From: Sedimentisphaeraceae bacterium JB056
GTDB lineage: Bacteria; Planctomycetota; Phycisphaerae; Sedimentisphaerales; Sedimentisphaeraceae
Length of the DNA: 64,000 bases
Reading direction: 5' to 3'
Assembly: GCA_044440125.1 (NCBI GenBank)
Contig: JBITAJ010000029.1
Coordinates: 343,318 to 407,317 of the forward strand
Shown here piece after piece: positions 19,456 through 30,132 of the stretch. A program made the position numbers and the translations under genes. Every line of letters starts with the position of its first letter. Position 1 is the first letter of the stretch. The notes beneath the pieces were generated by a model. It did not search any database. It had not been told where the DNA came from and saw only the letters and a program-made list of their open reading frames with translations.

Positions 19456-19812
19456 ATGTATATAAAGGCATTGAAATCTAAAATACACAGAGCAACAGTA
19501 ACCGGTTCAGAGCTTGAATATCCGGGAAGTATCGGCATTGATAAGGAACTTCTCGATGCTGCCGGAATGAAACATTACGAGACCGTTCTTGTTGCTAATG
19601 CTAATAATGGCGAACGAGTTGAAACATATGTCGTGCCGGCTGAGCCCGGTAGCGGAAAAGTCACTGTTTTAGGGGCTGCGGCAAGGAAATTCGAGCCGGG
19701 TGATGTAGTAATTATTCTTAATTTTGCTTACTACAAGCCCGAAGAGTTTGAGGGACACAAGCCTGTTGTAGTTATACCTGATTCTGATAACAAGATAAAA
19801 GAGGTCCAGTAA
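19456..19812 (+). CDS. panD: Aspartate 1-decarboxylase
   Basis: KSKIHRATVT, Y-GSI self-cleavage site, NG-R-ETY and GAAAR. Confidence 0.95.
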   Translation: MYIKALKSKIHRATVTGSELEYPGSIGIDKELLDAAGMKHYETVLVANANNGERVETYVVPAEPGSGKVTVLGAAARKFEPGDVVIILNFAYYKPEEFEGHKPVVVIPDSDNKIKEVQ

Positions 19813-19862
19813 GAAGGTTTTTGAGATTAGATTTGCGAAAATAAGCGGAGGAACAGCCAAAG

Positions 19863-20852
19863 ATGCATCCCGAACTGTTTAAGTTGCCATTTACGGATCT
19901 GACTGTAAAGAGTTATGGTGTAATGGTTGTACTCGGATTCTTTTTTGCCGTGATAATTATAAAAAAGTTATGCAAACGAGTCGGGCTTGACCACAATGAG
20001 CTTATCAACGGTGCTTTTTATTCTTTCATAGTGGGAATAATAGGCGCAAGAATTTTCCATGTAATACATTACTATGACAGTTTTCATAGTATCGGAGAGA
20101 TGCTTGCAATATGGAGGGGCGGTCTTGAGCTGCTTGGCGGAGTTTTGCCGGCGATATTGTTCCTTATACTTTATCTGAAGTTTAAAAAGATCGACGTTCT
20201 TTTGTCTTTGGATATATTTTCTGCTGCTTTGATGATAGGTGTCGCTTTTGGAAGAATAGGTTGCTTATTGAACGGCTGCTGTTTTGGGCAGCCTACAGAT
20301 TTGGCATTTGGTATATCTTTTCCTTACGATTCGATTCCCTATAAGGCTCAGGCGTATCCTGATTACGAACGAAACAGGGATGTCATAATAGAACTGCCGA
20401 ATGATTATTATGGATATTTCAATTCCGATGATCAATGGGTTGCTGCTCCTGAATACGACAAATACAGATATATGCTTAAACCTCTAAGCTCTTTGAGCGA
20501 GACGCAGCGTGCAGATGTTTCCAAAGGCGGCAAATATAGCTGCCATGCGGTTCACCCTACCCAGCTATACTCAAGCTTGGCTGCTTTTTTGAATTGCGGT
20601 ATTCTTGCCATGTTTTGGTGGAAGTTTGGGGCCGGACAGATAGAGATGCGTAAACGCAAGTTCAAGGCGGGCACTACTGCCGCACTTATGCTTGTTCTGT
20701 ATTCTGTTTTCCGCTTTATGGTGGAGAATCTCCGCGGTGACAACCCTTATGAGGTAGGGACAATGACTGTTTCCCAGTTGATCAGTGCGGGAATGTTTAT
20801 TTGCGGTATAATGCTTTTTGCCGGACTGAGCCAAAAAAAAGCTTCAAGATAA
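19863..20852 (+). CDS. lgt: Prolipoprotein diacylglyceryl transferase
   Basis: SYG, GARI, WRGG, GRIGC-LNGCCFG, HPTQLY and RF-VE-LRGD. Confidence 0.9.
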   Translation: MHPELFKLPFTDLTVKSYGVMVVLGFFFAVIIIKKLCKRVGLDHNELINGAFYSFIVGIIGARIFHVIHYYDSFHSIGEMLAIWRGGLELLGGVLPAILFLILYLKFKKIDVLLSLDIFSAALMIGVAFGRIGCLLNGCCFGQPTDLAFGISFPYDSIPYKAQAYPDYERNRDVIIELPNDYYGYFNSDDQWVAAPEYDKYRYMLKPLSSLSETQRADVSKGGKYSCHAVHPTQLYSSLAAFLNCGILAMFWWKFGAGQIEMRKRKFKAGTTAALMLVLYSVFRFMVENLRGDNPYEVGTMTVSQLISAGMFICGIMLFAGLSQKKASR

Positions 20853-20884
20853 AATAAGACATAATTGTTACATGTCTTACTTTC

Positions 20885-20912
20885 AACTTAAAACTTAAAA
20901 CTTAGAACTTAA
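20885..20912 (+). repeat. Short heptamer tandem repeat (AACTTAR)x4
   Basis: aacttaa aacttaa aacttag aacttaa between lgt and the rhomboid gene. Confidence 0.7.
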
Positions 20913-20917
20913 AAATA

Positions 20918-21763
20918 ATGGGTTTATACGACAGAGACTATACAAAATATAACTACAGACCATCTTATAATCAAAGAAGCAGTATGATGCCGGGGTTGAC
21001 TCCTGCGGTAAAAATATTACTGATAATAAATGTTGCTTTCTTTATTTTCGATAATATTTCAGGTAATATGCTGACCCAACTATTTGCCCTTGCAAATGGT
21101 GGCGGATATGTCTGGCAGATATGGAGATTGGTTGGTTATCAGTTCCTTCATGCCAGTATTATGCATATATTACTGAATATGCTTGGACTTTATTTCCTCG
21201 GTAATACGCTGGAGAGACATTGGGGTACGAAGAAATTTACGATTTTTTATCTAAGCTGTGGAGTGGCCGGAGGATTGTTCTTCTTCCTGTTCACTGCATT
21301 GAAATTCATTGGCCCTGCGATTCTGGTAGGTGCTTCTGGTTCTGTATTGGGATTATTGGCGGCATGTGCAATACTTTTCCCGCATTTCGTTGTATTCCTA
21401 TACTTCTTCCCAATTCCTATACGTACTGCCGCGATAATATTGCCGATAATATATCTAATGACAATCCTGACAGGCGGGCCGAATTCGGGCGGTGAAGCTG
21501 CGCACCTTGGCGGTATGGCTGCAGGGGCGATATACCTGCTATGGCCAAAGTACAAGAATCGTCTGGGTTTTAATGGTCGCGGACCGGTCGATTTTACTTC
21601 GCATTTTAAGCAGACGCATTCGGGGTCGCATAAAGTTGACACCATGGAAGTTGATAGAATACTGAAAAAAGTGCACGAACATGGCTTGCATAGTCTTACA
21701 GAAGCCGAGAAAAAGACGCTGAGGCGAGCCACCGAAGCTGAACAAAAGAGGGATGGTTATTAA
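20918..21763 (+). CDS. Rhomboid intramembrane serine protease
   Basis: WR, FLH-x4-H-x2-N, GASG and AHLGG; C-terminal VDRILKKV..GL.SLT..EK domain. Confidence 0.92.
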   Translation: MGLYDRDYTKYNYRPSYNQRSSMMPGLTPAVKILLIINVAFFIFDNISGNMLTQLFALANGGGYVWQIWRLVGYQFLHASIMHILLNMLGLYFLGNTLERHWGTKKFTIFYLSCGVAGGLFFFLFTALKFIGPAILVGASGSVLGLLAACAILFPHFVVFLYFFPIPIRTAAIILPIIYLMTILTGGPNSGGEAAHLGGMAAGAIYLLWPKYKNRLGFNGRGPVDFTSHFKQTHSGSHKVDTMEVDRILKKVHEHGLHSLTEAEKKTLRRATEAEQKRDGY

Positions 21764-21814
21764 TTTTTTGTGTTGAATTAGCTTTTAAGATTTGAATTGT
21801 TTACAGGGGGTAAG

Positions 21815-22762
21815 ATGTATCTTATTGGTTGTTTGGAAATACTTGACAGTGGGTCTGATGCTGTTGAGAAGTTTTATATTTCGCTTATGCCGAAGCTCAA
21901 GGCTGTTCTAAGTGATGACAGGAAAGATTCGCGACTTGTTGGGTATCGCTCTGAGATTGATGTCGTTGATGGCAAGATATCCCAGTTTTTTGGGATTGAG
22001 GCTGACAGGGCAGTTACCGTACCACAGGGTATGGTTGGCTGGGATTTAGAGCAAGACTCGCTTGATGTCATAACAACAAAGCTTCATAAGAAACTTCCTA
22101 TAAAATGGTTGTGGGAAGATTTGTCCGCTGCGTTTGTCGGCGAATTTGAGTCTGCTTCAATGGTAGGAATGGATGTCCAGGAAAAAGAATTGAGCTGGCA
22201 TCTTACTACAAATGCCCCTGTATCCCTAAATGGAGTATATGGCAATGATACTGTTGAACTTGTAGAATACAATCCTGATTGGAGCAGCGATTTTACCGTA
22301 ATGCAGCAGAAGCTTGAAGAAGAGCTTGGCGATGTTGCTACATCAATAGTTCATTACGGCAGCACGGCAATACCTGGTATGGCTGCAAAGCCCATAATAG
22401 ATATTCTGATAGAAGTACCTTCTTTTGAATTGGCTGCTGAGAGGCTGATAAAAACATTTAATCTGCCTGAATATGAATATTGGTGGTATGATGACCACAT
22501 GATATTCATTAAAAGAGACAAACCCTTTGGCAAACGCACGCATCACATTCATATTGCGCCAACAGGCCACAGGCTCTGGGACGGGGTCGTGTTCCGTGAC
22601 TATCTGATTGCCAATCCTGAATACGCCGCAAGATATCTTGAGCTTAAGCAAAGGCTTGCTCAGGAGTATAAGGATGACAGGGAGGCTTACACCAAAGCAA
22701 AGAATGATTTTATTAAAGAAGTGGTTCAGTTGGCCCATTGTAAAGCTGATGTTATAAATTAG
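21815..22762 (+). CDS. GrpB-family nucleotidyltransferase-fold protein with N-terminal extension
   Basis: YNPDW, H-GSTAIPG-AAKPIIDI, HHIH, FRDYL, Y-ELK and Y-KAK. Confidence 0.85.
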   Translation: MYLIGCLEILDSGSDAVEKFYISLMPKLKAVLSDDRKDSRLVGYRSEIDVVDGKISQFFGIEADRAVTVPQGMVGWDLEQDSLDVITTKLHKKLPIKWLWEDLSAAFVGEFESASMVGMDVQEKELSWHLTTNAPVSLNGVYGNDTVELVEYNPDWSSDFTVMQQKLEEELGDVATSIVHYGSTAIPGMAAKPIIDILIEVPSFELAAERLIKTFNLPEYEYWWYDDHMIFIKRDKPFGKRTHHIHIAPTGHRLWDGVVFRDYLIANPEYAARYLELKQRLAQEYKDDREAYTKAKNDFIKEVVQLAHCKADVIN

Positions 22763-22815
22763 CGTTAGAGTCAATCTGATTAAAATTCAATCGCTTTTAT
22801 GGAAAGGAGACATAT

Positions 22816-23103
22816 ATGTGTCCAAATTACACTCCGGGTATTGAAGTATTAATAATTCCAATTGTGATATTCTTCTTTGCTGCAATTATGAATATACTGT
22901 TTGTAATCATACCGTTTTGGTTGATATTTAAGAAAGCGGGATTTGCAGGTCCTCTTGCTCTCTTAATGCTGCTTCCGGTAGCCAATATTGTTATGCTGTT
23001 TGTCTTGGCATTTTCAGATTGGCCGGCTCTTAGGGATAAGAGAAATGCTTCGCCAAAGCCAGATAAACAGCCCCCATTGGAAGGCGAAGGCTCAGTAATA
23101 TAG
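22816..23103 (+). CDS. Small membrane protein
   Basis: AGGAG RBS, hydrophobic helices and W-IFKKAG...P-ANI...LAF-DWP. Confidence 0.7.
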   Translation: MCPNYTPGIEVLIIPIVIFFFAAIMNILFVIIPFWLIFKKAGFAGPLALLMLLPVANIVMLFVLAFSDWPALRDKRNASPKPDKQPPLEGEGSVI

Positions 23104-23409
23104 CTGCATGTCCTTGATTCGATCCATTAACTTCTCGTAAAGCTCAGCAGTCAGCATACATGCCCATACTGTGATGATTATAACTATAATGGTTATGATT
23201 ATCTTGGTTACGAGGTTGAATTTTGGATTGGTCAATACAAGCGGAAGTGCAAACGGACCGGCAATGAGTATTGCCAGTATAATCATTGAAGTAGAGTGAT
23301 ACCACTTTTTTTCTGATATACTTCTTTTTTTATTCAGGAATTCGCCGCAATGTTTGCATTTAATGGCTTCATCCTGTATCTCTTCTGCGCAAAATGGACA
23401 TTTTTTCAT
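23092..23409 (-). CDS. Zinc-ribbon membrane protein
   Basis: [18 protein letters not shown] followed by two transmembrane helices. Confidence 0.82.
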   Translation of the reverse strand: MKKCPFCAEEIQDEAIKCKHCGEFLNKKRSISEKKWYHSTSMIILAILIAGPFALPLVLTNPKFNLVTKIIITIIVIIITVWACMLTAELYEKLMDRIKDMQLYY

Positions 23410-23580
23410 AATGCGCCAATTTTAATTGATGTATAATAAATAGCAAGGGCTTAAATTTATAAAACCTTTACGGTGAAGCCTGATTTTGACGTTTTTTTTG
23501 ATATACATGCAAGATTCTGTTATACTTAGGCAGGTTTTCTTGAAGATTGATTGTTTTGTGATTAGGTTGAGGATTACCTT

Positions 23581-24807
23581 ATGTGTTATTATAAATTTTG
23601 TCTGAATAAAAAATCCGTATTCAGTATTTTGGCTTTTTCGATGGCTTTATGCAGCTATGTTTTTGCTGTAGATATTCCATGGAATGTTACCGAGCTTCAA
23701 AATGCTCCTGAGTATTACATTGCCCATGAATACAGCAAAGATGGAGTAGATGCACTCTTTTTCGATGGTCCGGATTACAAAGGCAGCAAGACTCAGATAT
23801 TTGCTTATGTCGGCAAACCTTCAGATGTTACAATGCCTGCGCCGGGTGTGGTACTTGTTCATGGCGGCGGTGGTACCGCAAGTGTTGAATGGGTAAAACG
23901 CTGGACAGACAAAGGCTATGTTGCTATGTCTATTGATACTACCGGATCAATTCCAGACGGCAAGTTCCCCTCGCATAAAAAGCATCAAAACGGAGGTCCT
24001 GATGGCTGGGGGGGATTCGACCAGATAGATGAACCGATTACCGACCAGTGGACTTACCATGCAGTTGCTGCTATTATGCTTGCTAATTCGCTTCTTGCTG
24101 AGGAATTTGACGCAAATAATCATAACATTGGAGTGGTAGGCGTCTCATGGGGTGGGTATCTTACAAGTATTGCCGCTTCAATAGATAACCGCTTCAGTTT
24201 TGCGGTACCTATTTACGGATGTGGATTTTTGCATAGAAATTCTGCTTGGTCATCAACTGTATTCAAAAGCATGGGCAAGGAAAAGACCCAGAAGTGGGTT
24301 CGGCTCTGGGATCCCTCAGCGTATCTTAGAAGGTGTGAAATTCCAGTCCTTTGGGTTTCAGATGTTAATGATAAGTTTTTCCCAATGGATTCATTGAAGC
24401 GTTCTGCTTCCTTGGTTTATGAATCTCAGTTTTGCATTAAACCAGATTTGGGACATAGCCATGCAATAGCTTTTGATATTGAAGAGGCATATGAGTTTGC
24501 CGGCAGTGTCTGTGACGGTAAAAAAAGTTTTGTGACTTATTCTGATCAGAATATTAATGATGGAGTTGCCTTTGCCGGATACTGGACATTGGTTCATCCT
24601 GAAAAGGCAGTAATGCTCTATACTCTTGACAGTGGCCCCTGGAAAGACAGGAAGTGGAATAGCATTCCTGCTGAGATTGACAAGTTTGCTGAAAATGTCA
24701 GTGCAAAGTTGCCCGATGGTACAACAGCGTATTTCTTCAATGCTGAAAATGAAAGAGCGATGGTGTCAAGTTCTCCTTATATGATTGTACCAAAGCAGGA
24801 ATTTTGA
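23581..24807 (+). CDS. Secreted alpha/beta hydrolase (esterase/peptidase S9-like)
   Basis: HGGGG oxyanion loop, GVSWGG nucleophile elbow, D (ND-FF) and H (GHSH). Confidence 0.85.
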   Translation: MCYYKFCLNKKSVFSILAFSMALCSYVFAVDIPWNVTELQNAPEYYIAHEYSKDGVDALFFDGPDYKGSKTQIFAYVGKPSDVTMPAPGVVLVHGGGGTASVEWVKRWTDKGYVAMSIDTTGSIPDGKFPSHKKHQNGGPDGWGGFDQIDEPITDQWTYHAVAAIMLANSLLAEEFDANNHNIGVVGVSWGGYLTSIAASIDNRFSFAVPIYGCGFLHRNSAWSSTVFKSMGKEKTQKWVRLWDPSAYLRRCEIPVLWVSDVNDKFFPMDSLKRSASLVYESQFCIKPDLGHSHAIAFDIEEAYEFAGSVCDGKKSFVTYSDQNINDGVAFAGYWTLVHPEKAVMLYTLDSGPWKDRKWNSIPAEIDKFAENVSAKLPDGTTAYFFNAENERAMVSSSPYMIVPKQEF

Positions 24808-24823
24808 TGTATTCTGTATTGGG

Positions 24824-26233
24824 TTACTGATTATTATTGTCGTAATCCTTAAGCTTGCGATAAAGAGTTCTTGAACCGATACCGAGTATCTTGGCGGCCT
24901 TTTCACGGTTGCCGTCAACCATCTCAAGCGTGCTCATTATGGCTTCTTTTTCTATCGCCCCAAGAGGCTTACCGGCAAGATTGGAATTCGAGTCAACAAC
25001 CTCCGGGCCGGCTCCAAGCTGAGGCTGGCTGTAGATTTCGGGCGGGAGGTCATGTGTGTCTATCATCTCGCCGTCACTTATGACTACCATCATTCGTATA
25101 ATGTTCTGCAGTTGCCTTATGTTGCCCGGCCAATGGTAATTGATCAAGGCTGCCATTGCTCTTTCAGATATGTTCTTGATTTCGATGCCAAGTTCAAGGC
25201 AGCTTTCCTCAAGAAAATGATATACAAGTTCCGGCATGTCTTCCCGTCTGCTGCGGAGAGGAGGCAGGGTGATACTGACACCTTTTATACGAAAATACAG
25301 GTCTTGCCTGAATTTTTTTTCTTCAACAAGTTTGGCAAGATCGCAGTTTGTTGCGCTTATTACTCGTACATCAACCTTAACCGGTTTATTGGAGCCAACA
25401 GGCAGCACTACCCCATCTTCAAGAACCCTAAGCAGTTTGGCCTGCATATGAAGCGGCATGTCGCCTATCTCATCAAGAAACAATGTACCGTGATCGGAGG
25501 TTTCGAAGAGGCCTTTGCGGTCTGTTGCCGCTCCGGTGAATGCACCCTTGGCGTGTCCGAAGAGTTCACTTTCAAGCAATGTTTCGCTAAGCCCGGCACA
25601 ATTTACAGGCCGGAATATATTTGATTTGCGATTGGAATTCAGGTGTATCGCACGTGCAATGAGTTCCTTGCCGCTGCCCGATTCGCCTTGTATAAGTATA
25701 CTTATGTCGGTTGGTGAAACCTTTCCGATAACTTTCAATATATGTTTGAATGCAGCAGAACGGCCCCTTACGCCCTCGTAGAACACCTCATGAGTCTGGT
25801 TTTGTCGAGCTTTGGGTTTGACTGATACACTTACTGCCGCAGAGTTTTCCACGAAAGAGAATTTGCGGCTTATCTGACCTATAAGATGTTCAAGCTGCTG
25901 TTTGTCTATAGGGCGGTTTAGAAAATCATATGCTCCGCCTCGCAGGGCCTGCTTGCACGCATCAATAGTCGGAGACGTAGCTACGATTACTACTTCAGCG
26001 TAGTTATGATTGATTTTTATCTGCTCAAGCAGTTCGAGTCCATTGAACTCGCCTCCAAGATTGAGTTCTGTAAGGACCAGATCGAAGCTTGTCTTGTCCA
26101 TTTTACGAAGGGCTTCCCTGCCGCTTGAAGCATAAACAACTTTGCTGCAAAGCTTTTCTATGAGTTCGCCGGCCATTGCGTTGTGGCCGTCAATCTCTGA
26201 AACTATTAATACTGTTAATCCGTTCTTTTGCAT
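24824..26233 (-). CDS. NtrC-family sigma54 activator with atypical receiver domain
   Basis: Receiver-like N-terminus, GESGSGKE, GAFTGA, FLDEIG, WPGNIRQL and Fis-type HTH. Confidence 0.9.
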   Translation of the reverse strand: MQKNGLTVLIVSEIDGHNAMAGELIEKLCSKVVYASSGREALRKMDKTSFDLVLTELNLGGEFNGLELLEQIKINHNYAEVVIVATSPTIDACKQALRGGAYDFLNRPIDKQQLEHLIGQISRKFSFVENSAAVSVSVKPKARQNQTHEVFYEGVRGRSAAFKHILKVIGKVSPTDISILIQGESGSGKELIARAIHLNSNRKSNIFRPVNCAGLSETLLESELFGHAKGAFTGAATDRKGLFETSDHGTLFLDEIGDMPLHMQAKLLRVLEDGVVLPVGSNKPVKVDVRVISATNCDLAKLVEEKKFRQDLYFRIKGVSITLPPLRSRREDMPELVYHFLEESCLELGIEIKNISERAMAALINYHWPGNIRQLQNIIRMMVVISDGEMIDTHDLPPEIYSQPQLGAGPEVVDSNSNLAGKPLGAIEKEAIMSTLEMVDGNREKAAKILGIGSRTLYRKLKDYDNNNQ

Positions 26234-26437
26234 CTGATCTATTTCTATCCTTAACGAGTTCAGCTCAACTTATGATGTCTTAATATTTCGTTAGGGCTTA
26301 TTTCAATAATTGTAACCAAGTACACTTAATCATAAAAGTATACCAGAAAACCGTTTGTTTTCAATATATTAAGGTTAGAGGATGTTATAAATGCCCAGCT
26401 ATATTGAAATTAATATCGGTTGTGGTTCTGGTAATTC

Positions 26438-28438
26438 TTATTTCCATACCCATTCAGGTGGGATTCTACGATTCAGCATTTCTTTTTGTTCGATTTCAAT
26501 GCCTTGAACTCCGATTTTAAAGCTTGCGTTCATCCATCCAAAGCCTTCCTGTGTGATATAGCTGAAGTCAGTACCTACGTTGCCGTATTCAGCGAATACT
26601 TTGTGTGAACGCGTAACAACGTTGAATTTCTCCGGCACGGTACCATTGTATGCCGCGGCATTGGATACTATTGTGTAAAGCCAGCGATACATCAGCCTTT
26701 GGACATCGGTGTTGTAGCCGTAATTTTCCAGCCCCTTCCATGCTATGATTTGGTGCGGAGCCCATCCGAAAGGATAATCCCATTGCCGCTGCTGACGTAT
26801 TTCTGATAACCTGCCGCGGTCTGCTAAGGTACTCGAAGCAAGTCCGCCGGCACATTCCAGCATAGGCAGAATGTTTTTGACGATCAGTTGTGCCTGATTC
26901 TCTGTTGCAACCTGCGACCATAGCGGATAAAAAGCTACAGGAGTTATGTAATATTTCTGCTTTTTATTTTTGATATCGTAGTCAAGGAAAGTGCCGTGAG
27001 ATTCTGACCAGCAATATTCGTTCAGAAGTTTTTTTCGTTTTTCCGCAAGTGAAAGCCATGCTTGTTCTGTTTCGATTTTGCCGTCGATTTCCAACGATGA
27101 TTCGAAATATTTGTTGAGTATAAAAGCGATGTCTTTTTCAGCTTTATATAGCAGGCAGTTTAGGTCAACTGTTACAAAATCACCGCAGCGGTCATCCCAA
27201 CGGTATGTCTTGTCGTGTCCTGATTCCCGCATACTTCTGTCGTGGAAAAAGAAGTTGTCAAGCTCGCCATCTTCTATCTTACCGTTTTTATACCCTTGTT
27301 CAAAAACGCTCATTTCCATGTTGTATTTTTGAGCGTACTTTTCGAATATGTAATCAAAATGCCCCGGTTCTACTTCCGGCGGCGTTCCAATACCTTCTCC
27401 GTAGTAACGACTAAGGCCTGTTGCTGTCAGCCTTGGCGGAGATGTCCAGACTTCTCTGTATTCTTTTATGGCGGCTTTGAGTGATATTTTCAGCCATTGT
27501 TTCGTGTTTTCAGTTTCAGGCATTTGAGAGCACACGCTTCTTGTCATTGAGGTGAGAAACGGCGGCTGGGAACGTGTGAGGTAGTAGCTGCGGTTGGCGT
27601 TGAGTATTTTGCCGTAGTTGTTGATTTCATAAACGAAGTTGTCTACCATTGCTTTTGCGAGGTCTACTCTGCCGTCTATGAGGAGTCCGAGTGATTCGAA
27701 ATAGCTGTCCCATCCATACATTTCGTTGAATCTTCCGCCTGGTACAACAAACGGGACTGCTTCGATTTTACCATCATTGTTTTGCTCGAGAGCAAGGCTC
27801 AGGATGCCATGTTTGCCTTCAAGTTTTTTTACCCATTCGGCTGTGATTTTTTCAGGCAGTTTCACTACCTGTATTTTTAGCTTTTGTCTACGCTTTGCTA
27901 TCTCGCTGAAATAGCTGTAGGCATCGCTGTCTTGATGCGGAACGTATATATAATTGAATCCGTCAACAGTGTTTGTTTTGCTGTCGGTGAAAATTCTCGA
28001 TAAGTTTGCTTCATCGATGCGGCGAGTCAGTCCGTCCCAGTATAGCTCTTTTATTTGTCTGTCTATGCGATTGAGGGGCGGCTCAAAAATGTGTGAGCTT
28101 TTGATTGAGGCTGTGAGTTTACCTTGATTGCCGGCAAGCGTTAATTCCTGAAGCAGGTTGGAGAGATAATATGTTCCATTTATCTCGTAGGTGAAGCTTT
28201 TTGTGTCGGTGAGTATGAATTTTTTATCGCCTCGCTTACCCTCGAGAAAGTAATCATCGACAGTTATTTTCTTGTCATTATCAGTATCTTCCTCATGCAG
28301 CAAGTTTTCTTTTGATTGCTCTATATTGACCTCAATAGTTTTCTCTGCGTCAAAATGTCTTTCTGTCGCAAGTGATGTCGACACAAACATAAATCCAATT
28401 ATACTGCATACCACAACAAGTTTTATAGAATAAAACAT
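26438..28438 (-). CDS. Alpha,alpha-trehalase (GH37, neutral-trehalase type), secreted
   Basis: PGGRFNEMYGWDSY, NANRSYYLTRSQPP, RESGHD, QWDYPFGWAPHQ and EGFGWMN; N-terminal EDTDNDKKITVDD loop. Confidence 0.93.
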   Translation of the reverse strand: MFYSIKLVVVCSIIGFMFVSTSLATERHFDAEKTIEVNIEQSKENLLHEEDTDNDKKITVDDYFLEGKRGDKKFILTDTKSFTYEINGTYYLSNLLQELTLAGNQGKLTASIKSSHIFEPPLNRIDRQIKELYWDGLTRRIDEANLSRIFTDSKTNTVDGFNYIYVPHQDSDAYSYFSEIAKRRQKLKIQVVKLPEKITAEWVKKLEGKHGILSLALEQNNDGKIEAVPFVVPGGRFNEMYGWDSYFESLGLLIDGRVDLAKAMVDNFVYEINNYGKILNANRSYYLTRSQPPFLTSMTRSVCSQMPETENTKQWLKISLKAAIKEYREVWTSPPRLTATGLSRYYGEGIGTPPEVEPGHFDYIFEKYAQKYNMEMSVFEQGYKNGKIEDGELDNFFFHDRSMRESGHDKTYRWDDRCGDFVTVDLNCLLYKAEKDIAFILNKYFESSLEIDGKIETEQAWLSLAEKRKKLLNEYCWSESHGTFLDYDIKNKKQKYYITPVAFYPLWSQVATENQAQLIVKNILPMLECAGGLASSTLADRGRLSEIRQQRQWDYPFGWAPHQIIAWKGLENYGYNTDVQRLMYRWLYTIVSNAAAYNGTVPEKFNVVTRSHKVFAEYGNVGTDFSYITQEGFGWMNASFKIGVQGIEIEQKEMLNRRIPPEWVWK

Positions 28439-28731
28439 CTCTTTCTCCCTTACATAATTCTCGCTATTTCTCCAGATTTTATTTGATGATAGAGTTGTTA
28501 GTTTAACTATAGACTAACAAAAAAAAGCTAATACTTCAAGTTTGCTTGTAAAAACATTCTCCAATTTGCTTGTTTTAGGGCAAATAGCAAGTTTTATATT
28601 GAATAGGCATGTTAAATGTTTATGATAAACTTGTTTTTGTTTAGTTTTGTCTGTAGCTAATTAAATTCTAATAATCGGGTTGTATTATTACCTTTTGTTA
28701 TTTTGTGTTGTACATTATTTAGGAGATAATT

Positions 28732-30009
28732 ATGAAATTGGTGTGTATTTTATTATTATTGGTTGCTTCTGTTACTTTTTCTGCGGTTTTTAGTGGTGGC
28801 AGTGGTGCAGAATCAGACCCTTACCAAATAAGCACTGCCGCTCAGCTTGATTATATTGGTACTTCAACCGCCAATTTTGACAAACATTATATCCTTATAA
28901 ACGATATTGATCTGTCGGCTTATACAGGTACATCATTTCATGAAATCGGTTATTATAACTATCCCAATTCTTACGGTTTTACCGGTAGTTTTGACGGCAA
29001 CGGTTTTACTATTGATAACTTTGAATATGATGGTGCAATCAAGTATTCCGGTTTTTTTAGTTATATTGATGGCGGAACTGTAAAGAACCTTAATTTTACT
29101 AATGCCTATGTCAGTACCGGTGGGCAGGATACTTGTGGTGTAATTTGCGGTTTTGCCAATAGTGGAAGTATCATTAATTGCAGCGTAAGCGGTAGTGTCA
29201 GCGGTGATGAATATATCGGAGGCATCATTGGCACCTCAAAGGCAGACTTGCAGTTTTGCAGTTTTAACGGCACGGTAACAGGCAGAAGATATGTTGGTGG
29301 TATTGCCGGCAATCAAAGCTCTTCAGGCGGTATAAGCGGTTGTTACGCTAATGTAAATCTTACGGTATCGTCTGAAGCAGGTGGCGGTATTGCGGGTAAA
29401 TTAACAGGGCAGATTGAAAAATGCTTTACAGAGGGTACAATTCAGGGTGGTCAGGAAGTTGGCGGTATTGCCGGGTATGAGTATAATCAGTACGCGGTGA
29501 TTACGAATTGTTATTCTGCGGCTTCTGTTACAGGCAGTTATGATGTTGGCGGTATTGTCGGGTTGTGCTCGGGCTATTATATTGGTTCTGGGCTATATGC
29601 AACGCTTACAAACTGCTATTTCCGCGGCACATGTAATGTCGGCCCTATATTTGGTCATTTCGAGGAAGCAAACGTGTCGGGATTGCTCTATGATTCTGAT
29701 GTATTCGGAAGCACTTCGGCTTACTGGGAAGTGTGGTGTCCGGGTAAAACAACGCCGCAGATGCAGCAGTTGTCAACTTTTACTGACGCAGGTTGGGATT
29801 TCTCCCGCACAGGTGCGTGGAGAATAAGGGAAGGTGACTATCCAATACTTGATTGGCAGCCTATAAATACCACCGAAGAACTCCAGCGAATAGCCGATTT
29901 TGCCTCTCAATGGATGAGTGAAGGTGCGGCTCTTAGCTGTGATATGAACAACGACAGTATCGTAAACTATTTCGACTGGACATACATGAGCTCAATGTGG
30001 GGGCAATAG
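28732..30009 (+). CDS. Secreted GLUG-motif protein with dockerin-like tail
   Basis: FSGGSG-E-DPYQI, FTGSFDGNG, repeated VGGIAG, AGWDF and CDMNNDSIVN. Confidence 0.85.
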   Translation: MKLVCILLLLVASVTFSAVFSGGSGAESDPYQISTAAQLDYIGTSTANFDKHYILINDIDLSAYTGTSFHEIGYYNYPNSYGFTGSFDGNGFTIDNFEYDGAIKYSGFFSYIDGGTVKNLNFTNAYVSTGGQDTCGVICGFANSGSIINCSVSGSVSGDEYIGGIIGTSKADLQFCSFNGTVTGRRYVGGIAGNQSSSGGISGCYANVNLTVSSEAGGGIAGKLTGQIEKCFTEGTIQGGQEVGGIAGYEYNQYAVITNCYSAASVTGSYDVGGIVGLCSGYYIGSGLYATLTNCYFRGTCNVGPIFGHFEEANVSGLLYDSDVFGSTSAYWEVWCPGKTTPQMQQLSTFTDAGWDFSRTGAWRIREGDYPILDWQPINTTEELQRIADFASQWMSEGAALSCDMNNDSIVNYFDWTYMSSMWGQ

Positions 30010-30132
30010 ATTATTTTGACTTTTAGCTTTATCCTTCAGAATTACCCGCTCCTTTATAGTCGCGGTACTGCGAGGGTTGTTGTCCGTGTTGGTCTGTATT
30101 TGTCCGATTGTTTTAACGGAGAGTTTAGCCTT

